A DNA stretch of 64,000 nucleotides from the human T2T-CHM13v2.0 reference genome, Homo sapiens, in the NCBI RefSeq assembly GCF_009914755.1, contig NC_060930.1. The stretch is one strand, 5' to 3'. Of the stretch, positions 20,670 through 38,700 are shown in pieces (positions within the stretch are counted from its first letter, which is position 1; every line of letters starts with the position of its first letter). The position numbers and the translations under genes are program-made. Below the pieces are notes generated by a model that was not told where the DNA came from, did no database searches, and saw nothing but the letters and a program-made list of their open reading frames with translations.

Positions 20670-21122
20670 GTAGAAATACTTGACACATTAGGCTAAAATG
20701 AGATGTGTGTCTGTGTTCTAAATGGAAAAAATGCTAACTATGTCCAGTCATTCCAACTGATGGTCAAGAGTGAGAAAGATAAACAGATAGCAAGGGACTT
20801 GTGGCAAATGACATTTCCCTTTCTTTCTGTTCTCAGAAGCGCACAGGTCATTGTTCCACCAGGATGCTGTATGTAGAGGAAAAAGCCTCACATATGCAGT
20901 GTGGATTCTGCTGCCCAGTTCCTGAGCTTCCTCAGGCTATCATCCTTCACACCTTATTCTCCCACTAGACCATGAGCTCCTAAGTCACATATGAGTGCTT
21001 TCTTCTTCCTTCTACTCTAAGCTCTAACCATAGTTGTGAACAATGTGGTGCTCACTAGATACTGACTGAATTTCTAAATTAATCATGAAACAAATTCCAT
21101 GACATTTTTTAAGACAACAGTA

Positions 21123-21445
21123 CAGTTGGCCCTCTGTATTTGTGGGTTCCACATGCAGGGATTCAACCAACTGCAGATCGAAAATATTTGGGAAAAGACA
21201 ATAAAAAATAATATAACATTTTTAAAAATACAAATAAAAGCAATAAAGTATAACAACTATTTACACAGCAATTTCATTGTATTAGATGTTGTGTATAATC
21301 TAGAGATGATTTAAAGTATACGAGAGGATATGTGTACATTATTTGCAAATACTACACCATTTTATGTAAGGGACTAGAACATTTATAGATTTTGGTATCC
21401 TTGGGGTCCTGGAAACGATCTTCCGTGGATACCAAGGAAGCACAG
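21123..21445. mobile_element. MER2 (Tigger-derived MITE)
   Basis: cagttggccctctgtatttgtgggttccaca start, gtggataccaagg end, TA flanks. Confidence 0.85.
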
Positions 21446-22388
21446 TATTCATTGACTGTTTTTTAAACCTGTGTTTTCTATCTATGGACCCTCTCCAAGA
21501 TGCTTCCTTCATCAAAGGGCATATCTAATAAATTGCCTCTCTGATTCAATGTGGCAATTTGTTAAAACAGAAGAACACTTTGAGACCACAAGAGCACCAT
21601 TTCATCAATTGCCCCTTTGCTCCCACTGTGAAAGCTTCAATGAGCATACTTACAGGCATCATAAAATACCAACTGTGTGGCTTCACTGGGGAGCTGTGCC
21701 ATTGTCTCAAAACTAACTAGTCTGGATTAATTGTTGTGTGATAGGAATGGAGGAAACATTTTCAGAGGAGCAGTCACTCACAAACACCAATGATGAGAGT
21801 ATTGACTGGCACAACCTTTCTAGGGGAGCAGGCAACACGTCCGAAAACATCTTGGCACACACAAAAAAATGCACTTCCAGGAATTTGGTCTCAAGGAGTA
21901 TTTGGGGAAATACACAAAATCTTTTAGTAATATTTATGGTAGTAAAATTTACAGATCTTTTACGAGAATGCTGATCATTTTAATATGTGCATGACACTGA
22001 GTTTCCTAAAATCACAGAAATTCAGTGGGGTGGAGCCTGTACCTTTTCCTTCCTGAAGAGGTGTTTTCTATGCAAAGGGGGAATCTGATACATGACAGAG
22101 CCCTCATGAATCAGGATGTATCAAATGCTGCATTTGGGAAAAATGAGGGAACACTGGGGTTTCAATTACCAAAGCAACAACTTTTTCTCCTCTAAATTTC
22201 CAGACATCTACTTTTACCTAATAGCCAGGAAAAATCAACAGTTAGAAGTTACATGTTAATAGGATATTTGTTTGTTGCCATTGGACAAATACATACTAAG
22301 CATTATAAATCAACATAAATATATATGTGTGTGTGCATGTGTTACTATATGTGTGTGTGTGTATACACACACATACAAATATATATAA

Positions 22389-22706
<318 letters not shown>

Positions 22707-23082
22707 TATATACAGCACTTCTGCAGGCAATTAAAAATAACTTAAAAGGAGGGTGGAGCCAAGATGGCCAAATAGGAACAGCTCCGGTCTACAGCTCCCA
22801 GTGTGAGCAATGCAGAAGATGGGTGATTGCTGCATTTCCATCTGAGGTACCGGGTTCATCTTGCTAGGGAGTGCCAGACAGTGGGTGCAGGTCAGTGGGT
22901 GCAGCGCATCGTGTGCGAGCCGAAGCAGGGCGAGGCATTGCCTCACTTGGGAAGCACAAGGGGTCACGGAGTTCCCTTTCCTAGTCAAAGAAAGGGGTGA
23001 CAGACGGCACCTGGAAAATCGGGACACTCCCACCCTAATACTGCGCTTTCCCAATGGGCTTAAAAAACTGCACACCAGGAGA

Positions 23083-23199
23083 TTATATCCCACACATGGC
23101 TCGGAGGGTCCTACGCCCACAGTCTCGCTGATTGCTAGCACAGCAGCTGGAGATCAAACTGCAAGGTGGCAGCGAGGCTAGGAGAGAGGCGCCTGCCAT
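23083..23199 (-). pseudogene. L1 ORF0 remnant, ATG intact but frameshifted
   Basis: MAGASLLASLPPCSLISSCCASNQRD, then frameshift near 23120. Confidence 0.65.
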
Positions 23200-23656
23200 T
23201 GCCCAGGCTTGCTTAGGTAAACAAAGCAGCTGGGAAGCTCGAACTGGGTGGAGCCCACAACAGCTCAAGGAGGCCTGCCTGCCTCTGTGGGCTCCACCTC
23301 TGGGGGCAGGGCACAGACAAACAAAAAGACAGCAGTAACCTCTGCAGACTTAAATGTCCCTGTCTGACACCTTTGAAGAGAGTATTGGTTCTCCCAGCAC
23401 GCAGCTGGAGATCTGAGAATGGGCAGACTGCGGTTCATGAAAATCTGCTGTTCTACAGCCACCGCTGTTCTGCAGTCACCGCTGCTGATACCCAGGCAAA
23501 AAGGGTCTGGAGTGGACCTCTAGCAAACTCCAACAGACCTGCAGCTGAGGGTCCTGTCTGTTAGAAGGAAAACTAATAAACAGAAAGGACATCCACACCA
23601 AAAACCCATCTGTACGTCACCATCATCAAAGACCAAAAGTAGATAAAACTACAAAG

Positions 23657-24675
23657 ATGGGGAAAAAACAGAGCAGAAAAACTGGAAACTCTTAAAAAGC
23701 AGAGCGCCTCTCCTCCTCCAAAGGAACGCAGTTCCTCACCAGCAATGGAACAAAGCTGGACGGAGAATGACTTTGACGAGTTGAGAGAAGAAGCCTTCAG
23801 ACGATCAAACTACTCCGAGCTACAAGAGGAAATTCAAACCAATGGCAAAGAAGTTAAAAACTTTGAAAAAAAAATTAGATGAATGTATAACTAGAATAAC
23901 CAATGCAGAGAAGTGCTTAAAGGAGATGTTGGAGCTGAAAGCCAAGGCTCGAGAACTACGTGAAGAATGCAGAAGCCTCAGGAGCCGAAGCGATCAACTG
24001 GAAGAAAGGGTATCAGTAATGGAAGATGAAATGAATGGAATGAAGCGAGAAGGGGAGTTTAGAGAAAAAAGAATAAAAAGAAATGAACAAAGCCTCCAAG
24101 AAATATGGGACTATGTGAAAAGACCAAATCTACGTCTGATTGGTGTGCCTGAAAGTGACGGGGAGAATGGAACCAAGTTGAAAAGCACTCTGCAGGATAT
24201 TATCCAGGAGAACTTCCACAACCTAGCAAGGCAGGCCAACATTCAAATTCAGGAAATACAGAGAAAGCCACAAAGATACTTCTCAAGAAGAGCAACTCCA
24301 AGACACATAATTGTCAGGTTCACCAAAGTTGAAATGAAGGAAAAAATGTTAAGGGCAGCCAGAGAGAAAGGTCAGGTTACCCACAAAGGGAAGCCCATCA
24401 GACTAACAGCGGATCTCTCGGCAGAAACTCTACAAGCCAGAAGAGAGTGGGGGCCAATATTCAACATTCTTAGAGAAAAGAATTTTCAACCCAGAATTTC
24501 ATATTCAGCCAAATTAAGCTTCATAAGTGAAGGAGAAATAAAATACTTTACAGACAAGCAAATGCTCAGAGATTTTGTCACCACCAGGCCTGCCCTAAAA
24601 GAGCTCCTGAAGGAAGCACTAAACATGGAAAGGAACAACCAGTACCAGCCACTGCAAAAACATGCCAAATTGTAA
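23657..24675 (+). pseudogene. L1 ORF1p, disrupted
   Basis: 1019 bp from ATG to TAA (two +1 frameshifts in the 5' part); remainder is open ORF1p. Confidence 0.95.
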
Positions 24676-24738
24676 AGAGCATCAAGACTAGGAAGAAACT
24701 GCATCAACTAATGAGCAAAATAACCAGCTAACATCATA

Positions 24739-28640
<3,902 letters not shown>

Positions 28641-31550
28641 ACAATGAGAACACATGGACACAGGAAGGGGAACATCACACTCTGGGGACTGTTGTGGGGT
28701 GGGGGGATGGGGTAGGGATAGCATTAGGAGATATACCTAATGCTAAATGACGAGTTAATGGGTGTAGTACACCAACATGGCACATGTATACATATGTAAC
28801 AAACCTGCACATTGTGCACATGTACCCTAAAACTTAAAGTATAATAATAATAAAATAAAATAAAATAAAAAAATAACTGAAAAAAGAAATAAGAAATGTA
28901 TCTCTGTCACATTATTTAAAGTTCTATGAGAATGGAACATCTCTGACAGTCCAAACATTTTAACACCGTCTTAAACTTAGCATCACCTTCTTTTATGTGT
29001 CTCTTTAAAATACTAGTTATACTATTACTTTCAACTTTTCTGATTGCTGTATTCAAGCTATGTTTGTGGTAACTATGATCTACAAAGCACTATATATGTA
29101 AGATTTTTTCCTGAATATATAAAAAGATCTGATTTCCATACCAAGGATTTTGACATCTAATTTGCACAAATAAAACATTAAAAGAGTTTAAACCATACCT
29201 CCCCCTACCCCAAAAGGAAAAATCAAATCATAGACATCAACCTGTTTATTGTGAAACCCAAGATTTAAAGAAAAAAAAAAGCAAAAACAACAGAAAAGTT
29301 GAAATAAATTTTGTTTGATGTTAGACACAATACGTGGGACTCTATCAACAATTCCATTGCAAGAGGAAAAATCAAATTGGATGTATTTTTTATTAAGATT
29401 TTTTCATTCTTAAAAGGCTTATAGTGACTTCAAACTATGAAGGTTTCAATATACTTAATGAACATAAAACACATTTAATCATTCTTCCTGTCTACTTCCA
29501 ACAGTAAGGCATTACCTCCTCCAGCCACTAGGCCCAGAGTACCTTCTCTCCACAATATTTTCCCTCTAATGTGGACACAGAATAGTCCATCAAATTCCTC
29601 ATTTTTCACCCTAACACAACTTAAAAGAATCGGCAAACCAATATTTTGTTTCATGGTCCCTCGTAGCCACAGAAAGCACCCATTGTTCATCTTCGACTTT
29701 TCCTTCTGCTTCAGCAATGGTTGATCCTCTGCAGGGGGCAGTGAATGATGGCCCTCAGGCCAAATCTGGGGAATAACCTGCTTTCAATAAATATTTAGCT
29801 AAGAAAGCACATAACATAAATTTCACCATCTTAACAATTAAGGATATATAACACATTTCAAGTATTTTTCATCTTGCAAAATGGAAACTCTACGTCTATT
29901 AAACAACTCCCTGAAAAACTAAAACTCTGCATCAATTAAACAACTCCCCATTTCTTCATTGCTCCAGCCCCTGGAAAGCACAATTCTACTTTCTGTTCCT
30001 GTGAATTTAACTACTTTCAATGCCTTATATGAATGGAGTCATACAATATCTGTCTTCTTGTGACTGGCTTATTTTCAAGGTTAACCCGGGTTATAGCATG
30101 TGACAAGATTCCTTCTTTTTAAAAGATGAATAATGCTCCATTCTATGTACATGCCCCATTTTCTTTACTCTTCCGTCCATGGACATTTGGATTGCTTCCA
30201 CTCTTGGCTATTATGAATCATGCTACAATACACATGGCTATACAAATATCTGAAATCATGCTTTCAGTTCTTTTGAATATATATCCAGAAGCAGGATTGC
30301 TGAATTATATGATAATTCTACTTTTTATTTTTTGAGGAATCTCCATAATATTTTCCATAGTGGCTACATCATTATACATTCCCTCCAACAGTGCACAGAA
30401 GTTCCAATTTCTGCACATCTTCTCCAACATTTGTTGTTTTCTGTTTTGTTCTTTGTGGGTTTGTTTGTTTTTTAATAGTGGACATCTGAACAGATGGAAG
30501 ATGATACCTCATTGTGGCTTTGTTTTGCATTTCTCTAATGATTTATAATGTTGAGAGCATAGTTTCATATGCTTGTTGACAATTTCTTTGGAGAAAAGTC
30601 TCCCAAATCATTCACTCATTTTTAAATTGGTAACTTTTTTGGTTTTTCTTGAGTTGTAGGAGTTTTAGTATATTCTGTGTACTAACCCCTTATCAAACAT
30701 GATTTACAAGTATTTTCTCCCTTTTTGTAGGTTGTCTTTCACTCTGAAAATCTAAATTTAATGCCACGAAACTTTTCTCCTGTTTTCTTCCAGGAGTTTG
30801 ATATTTTTAGGTCATACATTTAGGTCTTTAATCTATTTTAAGCTAATTCTTGAATGTAATGAAATGTAAAGTCCAACTTCATTCTTCATTATTTTGCATG
30901 TGGCTATCTAGTTTCCCAACGCTATTTTTTTAAAGAGACTGTACCTTCCCTACTGAGTAGTCTTGGTGCCATTAAAGAAAATCATTTGAACATATACATG
31001 AGATTTTATTTTTGGACTCTCCATTCCATTAGTCTACATGCCTGTCTCTATGCCAATACCACATCATTTTAATTACTATAGCTTTATAATATGTTTTGAA
31101 ATAAAAGAGCTTTGTTCTCTTTTCTTTCAAGATTGTTTTTGCTATTTGTGGTCCCTTATGATTCTATATAAATTTTATAACTTTTTTTCTATTTCTACAA
31201 AAAATGCCATTGGGATTTCGTTAGGGATTATATTGAAGCTGCAGATTGCTTTGGGTAGTTTGGACATTTTCCAAACATTAAGCCTTTCAATCCATGAACA
31301 CAGGGTAGCTTTCCATTTGTTTGTGTCTTCTTTAATTTCTTTCAGTAATATTTTGTAATTTTTATGTATAAACCTTTCATCTCCTTGGTTAAGTTTATAT
31401 TTAATTATTTTATTCTTATGCTATTATAAATAAAATTGCTTTCTTAATCTCCTTTTTGGATACATTGTTGTTAGTGTATAGAAACAAATGATTTTTGCAT
31501 GTTGGTTTGTACCCTGCAACTTTGCTCGACATGTTTATTCATTCTGACAG

Positions 31551-31583
<33 letters not shown>

Positions 31584-31590
31584 TGTGTGT
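31551..31590. repeat. (GT)n microsatellite
   Basis: Direct reading. Confidence 0.95.
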
Positions 31591-34500
31591 AATCTTCAGA
31601 GCTTTCTATATACAAGATCATGTCACCTGTGAACAAAGATAACTTTTACATCTTCCTCTTCCATTTGAACCACTTTTATTTCGTTTTCTACCCTAATTTC
31701 TCTGGCTAGGACTTTACATACTATGAGTATCATTGACTTGTTCCTGATCTTAAAGAAAAAGCTTTCAATTTTGCACCATTGAGTTTCACCACTAAGTTAG
31801 CAGTTGGCTTTTCACATATGATCTTTATAATGCTGAGGTTGTTTCCCTCTGTTGTTAGTTTGTTAAGTGAGTTTATCATAAAGAGTATTACATTTTGTCA
31901 ATGCCTTTTCTGTATCAATTGAGGTGATATTAGGTTTTTATTATTCATTCTGTTAAGGTGATCTATTACTTTGATTTCCATATGTTGAATCATTCTTGCA
32001 TTCTAGGAATAAATCCACTTAATCATGGTGTATAATCCTTTTAAGGTGGTGCTGAATTTGGATTGCTGTTATTTGGCTGAGAATTCTTATACCAGTATTT
32101 ATTAGAGGTAATGGTCAGTAGTTTCTTTTTCTTGTAGTATGTTTGGCTCTAGTGTCAGTGTAATACTGGCCTCATATAATGAGTTTGGAAATGCTTCCTC
32201 CTCTTCAATTTTTTTAAAGAGTTCCAGGAGAATTGGTATTAATATTTTTTAAATATGTGATAGAATTCTCCAGTGAAGCCATCTGATCTTGGGTTTTCTT
32301 GTTGTGTTGTTTTGTTTTGTTTTGCTGGGGGGAGGCTTTTGTTTACTGATTCAGTCACCCTACTAGTTATAAATCTATTCAAATTTTTTATTTATTCATG
32401 ATTCAATCGTGGTAGGCTGTGTTTTTATAGAAATTTATCCATCTCTTCTGGGTTATCCAATTTATTAGTATGTAATTATTCATATGTTCTCTTATAATTC
32501 TTTTGAATGCTGAGGCATCAGTAGAAGTGTCCATTCATTTTAAATTTCAGTCTTTTGAGTCTTCTTTTTTGTTTGTTAATCTAAGACTTTGTCAGTTTTG
32601 TTCTTTCTGAATATTCTTTGTTTTGTTGATTATTTTCTATTGTTTTTCCATTATTTATTTTATTGTTTATGCTGTAATTATTTTTCCCTTCCTTCTGCCA
32701 GCTTTGGGTTCCATTTGTTCTTATTTTTGTGAATTCTTTTTCGGAGTTCTCTCTTCTTTCTTACATGAGCATCTATGTCTATAAACTTCCTTCTCAAAAG
32801 TGCTTTCACTATCTCTGATAAGTTTTGGTACATTGTTTTCATTTCATTTATCTCAAGATCTTTTCTTTTTTAACTTTTATTTTCAGTTCAGGAGTACATG
32901 TGCAGGTTTGTTATATAGCTAAACTCGTGTTATGTGGGTTTGTTGTTCAGATTACTTTGTCACCCAGATATTAAGCCTAGTACTCATTAATTATTTTTCC
33001 TGATCCTCTCCTTCCACTTTCCATAATCAAGGTCAGTCCAGTGTCTATTGTTATCCTCTATGAGTCCATGTATTCTCATCATTTAGCTCCCACTTATAAG
33101 AACATGCAGTATTTGGTTTTCTATTCCTGTGTTAGTTTGCTAAGGATAATGGCCTCCAGCTCCCTCCATGTTTCTGCAAAGTACAGACTCTCATTTTTAT
33201 ATGGCTGCATAGTACTCAATGATATATATGTACCACATTTTCTTTATCCAGTCTACCACTGATGGGCATTTAGGTTGAACCCATGTCTGCTATTGTGAAT
33301 AGTGCTGCAATAAGCATACACATGCACGTGTCTTTATGACAGACTGACTTATATTACCTTAGGTATATACCCAGCAATGGGATTGCTGGGTCAAATGGTA
33401 GTTCTGTTTTTAGGTCTTCAAGGAATCACCATACTGTTTTCCACAATGGTTGAACTCATTTACCCTCCCACCAGCAGTGTATAGGCATTCCTTTTTCTCC
33501 ACATTCTCCCCAGTACCTATTATTGTTTGACTTTTTAATGATAGCCATTCTGACTGGTGTGAAATGGTATCTCATTGTGGTTTTGATTTGCATTTCTCTA
33601 ATAATCAGTGATGTTGAGCTTTTCTTCATATGATTGTTGGCTGCATGTATGTCTTCTTTTGGAAAATGTCTGTTCATGACCTTTACCCACTTTTTAATGG
33701 AGTTGTTTTTTTTCTTATAAATACAAGTTTTTTATAGATGCTGGATATTAGACCTTTGTCAGATACATAATTTGAAAACATTTTCTCTCATTCAGTAGGT
33801 TGCCTGCTTACTCTATTGGTAGTTTATTTTGCCATGCTGAAGCTCTTTAGTTTAATTAGATCCCATTTGTCAAGTTTTTTTTTTGTTGCAATTGCTTTTG
33901 CCTCCTCATCATAAAATCTTTGCCTGTTCCAATGTCCAGAAAAATATCATTTAGGATGTCTTCCAGGTTTTTTATAGTTTTGGGTTTTACATTTTAGGCT
34001 TTACTCTATCTTGAGTTAATTTTTGCATACAGTGTAAGGAGGGGTCCAGTTTCAGTTTTCTGCATATGGCTAGCCAGTTACCCCAGCAACGTTTATTGAA
34101 TAAGGAGTCCTTTCCCCATTGCTTTTGTAAGGCTCATCAAAAATCAGATAGTTGTAGGTATGCAGTCTTTTTTCTGGATTCTCCATTCTGTTCCATTGGT
34201 CTATGTGTCTGTTTTCATACCAGTACCATGCTGTTTTGGTTACTGTAACTCTGTATTATAGTTTGAAGTCAGGAAGTGTGATGCTCCCAGCTTTGTTCTT
34301 TTTGCTTAGGACTGCCTTGGATATTTAGGCTCTTTTTTGATTCCAAATAGATTTTTAAATAGTTTTTCCCAATTCTCTGAAGAATGTCAATGGTAGTTGG
34401 ACAGGAACAGCATTAAGTCTGTAAATTTCTTTGGGCAGTATGGCCATTTTAATGATATTGATTTTTCCTATTCATGAGCATAAAATGTTTTTCCATTTGT

Positions 34501-34928
34501 GTCATTTCTGATTTCTTTGGACAGTGTTTTGCAGTCTTTCTTGTACAGATCTTTCACATCCCTGGTTAGCTGTATCCATAGGTATTTTATTCTTTTTATG
34601 GTAATGGTAAATGGGATTGCATTTCTCACTTCACTCTCAGCTTGACTGTTGTTGGTGTATAGGAATGCTAGTGATTTTTGCATGTTGATTTTGTATCCTG
34701 AAACTTGGCTAAGGTTGTTTATCAGATCAAGGGACTTTTGGGCCAAGAGTATGGGGTTGTTTCAGTTTATGATCATGTCATCTGCAAACAAGGATAGTTT
34801 GATTTCCTCTCTTCCTATTTGGATTTGCATGCCCTTTTTTTCTTTCTCTTGTCTGATTGCTCTGGCCACAACTTCCAATATTATGTTGAATAGGAGTAGT
34901 GAGACAGGGCATCCTTATCTTGTGCTGG

Positions 34929-35148
34929 TTTTTGAGACAGAGTCTCTCTCTGTCACCCGGGCTGGAGTGCCGTGGAGTGATCTTGGCTCACTGCAAGCTC
35001 TGCCTCCTGGGTTCACACCATTCTCCTGCCTCGGTCTCAGGAGTAGCTGGGACTACAGGCACCCACCACCATGCCTGGCTAATTTTTTGTATTTTTAGTA
35101 GAGATGGGGTTTCACCATGTTAGCCAGGATGGTCTCTATCTCCTGACT
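34929..35148 (-). mobile_element. AluY-like, 5'-truncated, nearly tail-less, no TSD
   Basis: Only 5 T before gagacagagtc; ends at ctcctgac; L1 resumes at gaatgcttccagc. Confidence 0.9.
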
Positions 35149-35212
35149 TTAGAATGCTTCCAGCTTTTGCCCATTCAGTATGATGTTGTCTGTGGGTTTG
35201 TCATAGACAGCT

Positions 35213-35714
35213 TGTACTAGTCAAGGTTCTCTATAGGGACAGAATTAATGAATATATATGTGTGTGTGTGTGTGTACATATATATATGCATGTGTGTGTA
35301 TATACATATTTCTATAGATACATAGGAGTTTATTAAGTATTAACTCACATGATCACAAGGTCCCACAATAGGCCGTCTGCAGGCTGAGGAGCAAGGAGAG
35401 CCAGTCTGATTTCCAAAATTGAAGAACTTGGAGTCTGATGCTCGAGGGCAGAAAGCATCCAGCACAGGAGAAAGATGGAGGCTGGGAGGCTTGGCCCATT
35501 TTGTCTTTTTCACATTTTTCTGCCTGCTTTTTATATTCTAGCCATGCTGGCAGCTGATCAGATGGTGTCCACCCAGATTAAAGATGGGTCTGCCTTTCCC
35601 AGCCCACTGACTCATATGTTAATCTCCTTTGGCAACTCCCTCACAGACACATCCAGGATGAATACTTTGTATCCTTAAATCCAATGAAATTGACACTCAG
35701 TATTAACCATCACA
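35213..35714 (-). mobile_element. MLT2A (HERV-L) solo LTR
   Basis: tgtactagtcaaggttctc...attaaccatcaca, internal (TA/TG)n; perfect 5-bp TSD cagct. Confidence 0.92.
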
Positions 35715-38700
35715 CAGCTCTTACTGTTTTGAGGTATATTCCTTCAATACCTAGTTTATTGAGAGTTTTTAACTTGAAGAGGTGTTAAAATTTATCAAAT
35801 GCCTTTTCTGCATCTATTGAAATAATCATGTGGTTTTTATCTTTAGTTCCATTGATGTGCTGAATTATATTAACTGATTTGCATATATTGAACCAACTTT
35901 GCATCCCAGGAATAAAGCCTACTTGACTGTGGTAGATAAGTTTCTGATGTACTGCTGGATTTGGTTTGCCAGTACTTTCTTGAGGATTTTTGCATTAATG
36001 TTTATCACAAATATTGGCCTGAAGTTTTTTGTTGTTGTTGTGTTTCTGCTGGCTTTTGGTATCAGGATGATTCTGTCCTCACAGAATGAGTTAGGGAGGA
36101 GTCTCTCCTCAATTTTTTGAAATCGTGTCAGTAGGAATGATACTAGCTTTTCTTTGTACATCTGATAGAATTTGGCTGTGAATCCATCTGGTCCTGGGAT
36201 TTTTGTTTGTCTGTTTGTTTGTTTTTGGTTGGTAGGCTATTTATTACTGATTCAATTTCAGAGCTCATTGTTGAATTGTTCAAGGATTCAATTTCTTCCT
36301 GGCTCAGTCTTGAGGGGGTGTATGTGTCTAAGATTTCATCCATTTCTTCTAGATTTTCTAGTTTATGTGCATAAAGGTGTTCAGAATATGCTCTGATGGT
36401 TATTTGTGTTTCTGTGGGGTCAGTCGTAATATCCCCTTTGTCATTTCTAATTGTTTAGTTGGATCTTCTTTTCTTATTCATTAGTCTACCTATTTTATTA
36501 ATTTTTTCAAAAAATCAACTCCTGGATTTCTTGACCTTTTGAAATGTTTTTCATGTCTCAATCTCCTTCAATTCAACTCTGATTTTGAATATTTCTTGTC
36601 TTCTGCTAGCTTTAGGATTTGTTTTATCTTGGTTCTCTAGTTCTTTTAGTTGTAATGATAGGTTACATTATATAACCTATCATTTGTAACCTATCAGTTG
36701 TAATGATAGTTTACATAATGATAGAAAAATGAGATTCTTCTAACTTCTTGGTGTGGGCATTTAGTGCTGTACGTTTTCATTTTAACATTGCCTTAGCTGT
36801 GTCCCAAAGATTCTGGTATGTTGCATCTTTGTTCTTATTAGTTTGAAAGAACTTATTGATTTCTGCCTTAATTTCATTATTTACTCAAAAGTCATTCAGG
36901 AGCAGGTTATTTGATTTCCATGGAATTGTATGGTTTTGAGTGAATTTCTTAATCTTGATTTCTAATTTCATTCCACTGTGGTCTGAGAGAGTAGTTTTTA
37001 TAATTTCAGTGTTTTGCATTTGCTAAGGAGTGCTTTGTGTCCAACAATGTGATCAATTTTAGAGTATGTGCCATGTGGCGATGAGAAGAATGTATATTCT
37101 GTTGCTTCTGAGTGAAGAGTTCTGCAGATGTCTATCAAGTCTATTTGATACAGTGCTGGGTTCAGGTTTTGAATATGTTTGTTCGTTTTCTGCCTTGATT
37201 ATCTGTCTAATAATATCACTGGGGTGTTCAAGTCTCCCACTATTATTGGGTGGGAGTCTAAGTCCCTGAAGGTCTTTGAGAACTTGCTCTATGAATCTGT
37301 GTGGTCCTGTGTTGGGTGCATATACATTTAGAATAGTTAGATCTTCTTGTTGAATTGAACCCTTTACCATTATGTAATGCCTTTCTTTGTCTTTTTTGAC
37401 CTTTGTTGGTTTAAAGTCTGTTACGTCTGAAATTAGAATTGCAATCTCTGCTTTTTTCTGTTTTCCATTTGCGTGGTTAATTTTTCTCCACCTTTTTATT
37501 TTGAGCCTATAGCTGTCCTTGAATATGAGATGGGTCTCTTGAAGACAACATATCAATGGATCTTGTTTCTTTACCCAGCTTGCCACTCTGTGCCTTTTAA
37601 TTGGGGCATTTTGCCCATTTACATTCAAGGTTACTATTGATATGTGTGGATTTTATCCTGTCATCATAATGTTAACTGGTTATTATTCAGACTTGTTTAT
37701 GTGGTTGCTTTATAGTGTCACTGTTCTTTGTATTTAAGCATGTTTTTGGTGGCTGCTAATGGTCTTTCCTTTCTGTATTTAGTGCTTCCTTCAAATGCTC
37801 TTGTAAGGCCCATCTGGTGGTAACAAATTCTCTCAGTATTTGCTTGTCTCAAAAGTATCTTATTTCTTTTTCACTTATGAAGCTTATTATGGATGGATAT
37901 GAAATTCTTGGTTGGAATTTGTTTTTTGTAAGAAGGTTGCGTATTAGCTGGCAATATTTTCTGGCTTGCAGGATTTCTGGTGAGATGTCTGTTGTTAGTC
38001 TAATGGGCTTCCCTTTGTAGATAACCTGACCTTTCTCTCTAGCTGTCTTCAACATTTTTTCTTTCATTTCAGCCTTGGAGAATGTTAATTATGTGTCTTG
38101 TGGATAATCTTCTTGTGAAGTATCTTACTGAGGTGCTCTGCATTTCCTGAATTTGAATGTGGGCCTCTCTAGCTAGGTTGAGGAAGTTCTCATGGATGAT
38201 ATCCACAAATATGTTTTCCAAGTTGCTTGCACTGTTTCATCTCCTTCAGGGACACCAATTAGATTTGGTCTCTCTAAATAATCCAATATTTCTCAGAGGT
38301 TTTACTTGTTCCTGTTCATTCTTTATTCTCTATTCTTGTCTGCCTGTCTTATTTCGGAAAGCTATTCTTCAAACTCTGAGATTCTTTCCTCAGCTTGGTC
38401 TATTCTTCTATTAATACTTTTGATTGCATTATGAAATTCTTGTAGTGTGCTATTCAGCTATGTTAGGTTAGTTACATTATTTTCTATACTGGCTATTTTG
38501 TCTGTCTGCTCCTGTATCATTTAATTGTGACTTTTAGCTTCCTTGGATTGGGTTTCAACATACTCCTACATCTTAATGATTTCCATTCTTATCCATACTC
38601 TGAATTTTATTTCTGCCATCTCAGACATCCCAGCCTGGTTCAGAACCCTTGCTGAAGAGGTGGTGCAGTCATCTGGGGGAAAGAAGGCACACTGACTTTT

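Noticed and set aside
29475-29730. 80-aa minus-strand ORF or possible exon beside MER58A
   Set aside because: No recognisable homology in the frames I read, and splice signals are weak.
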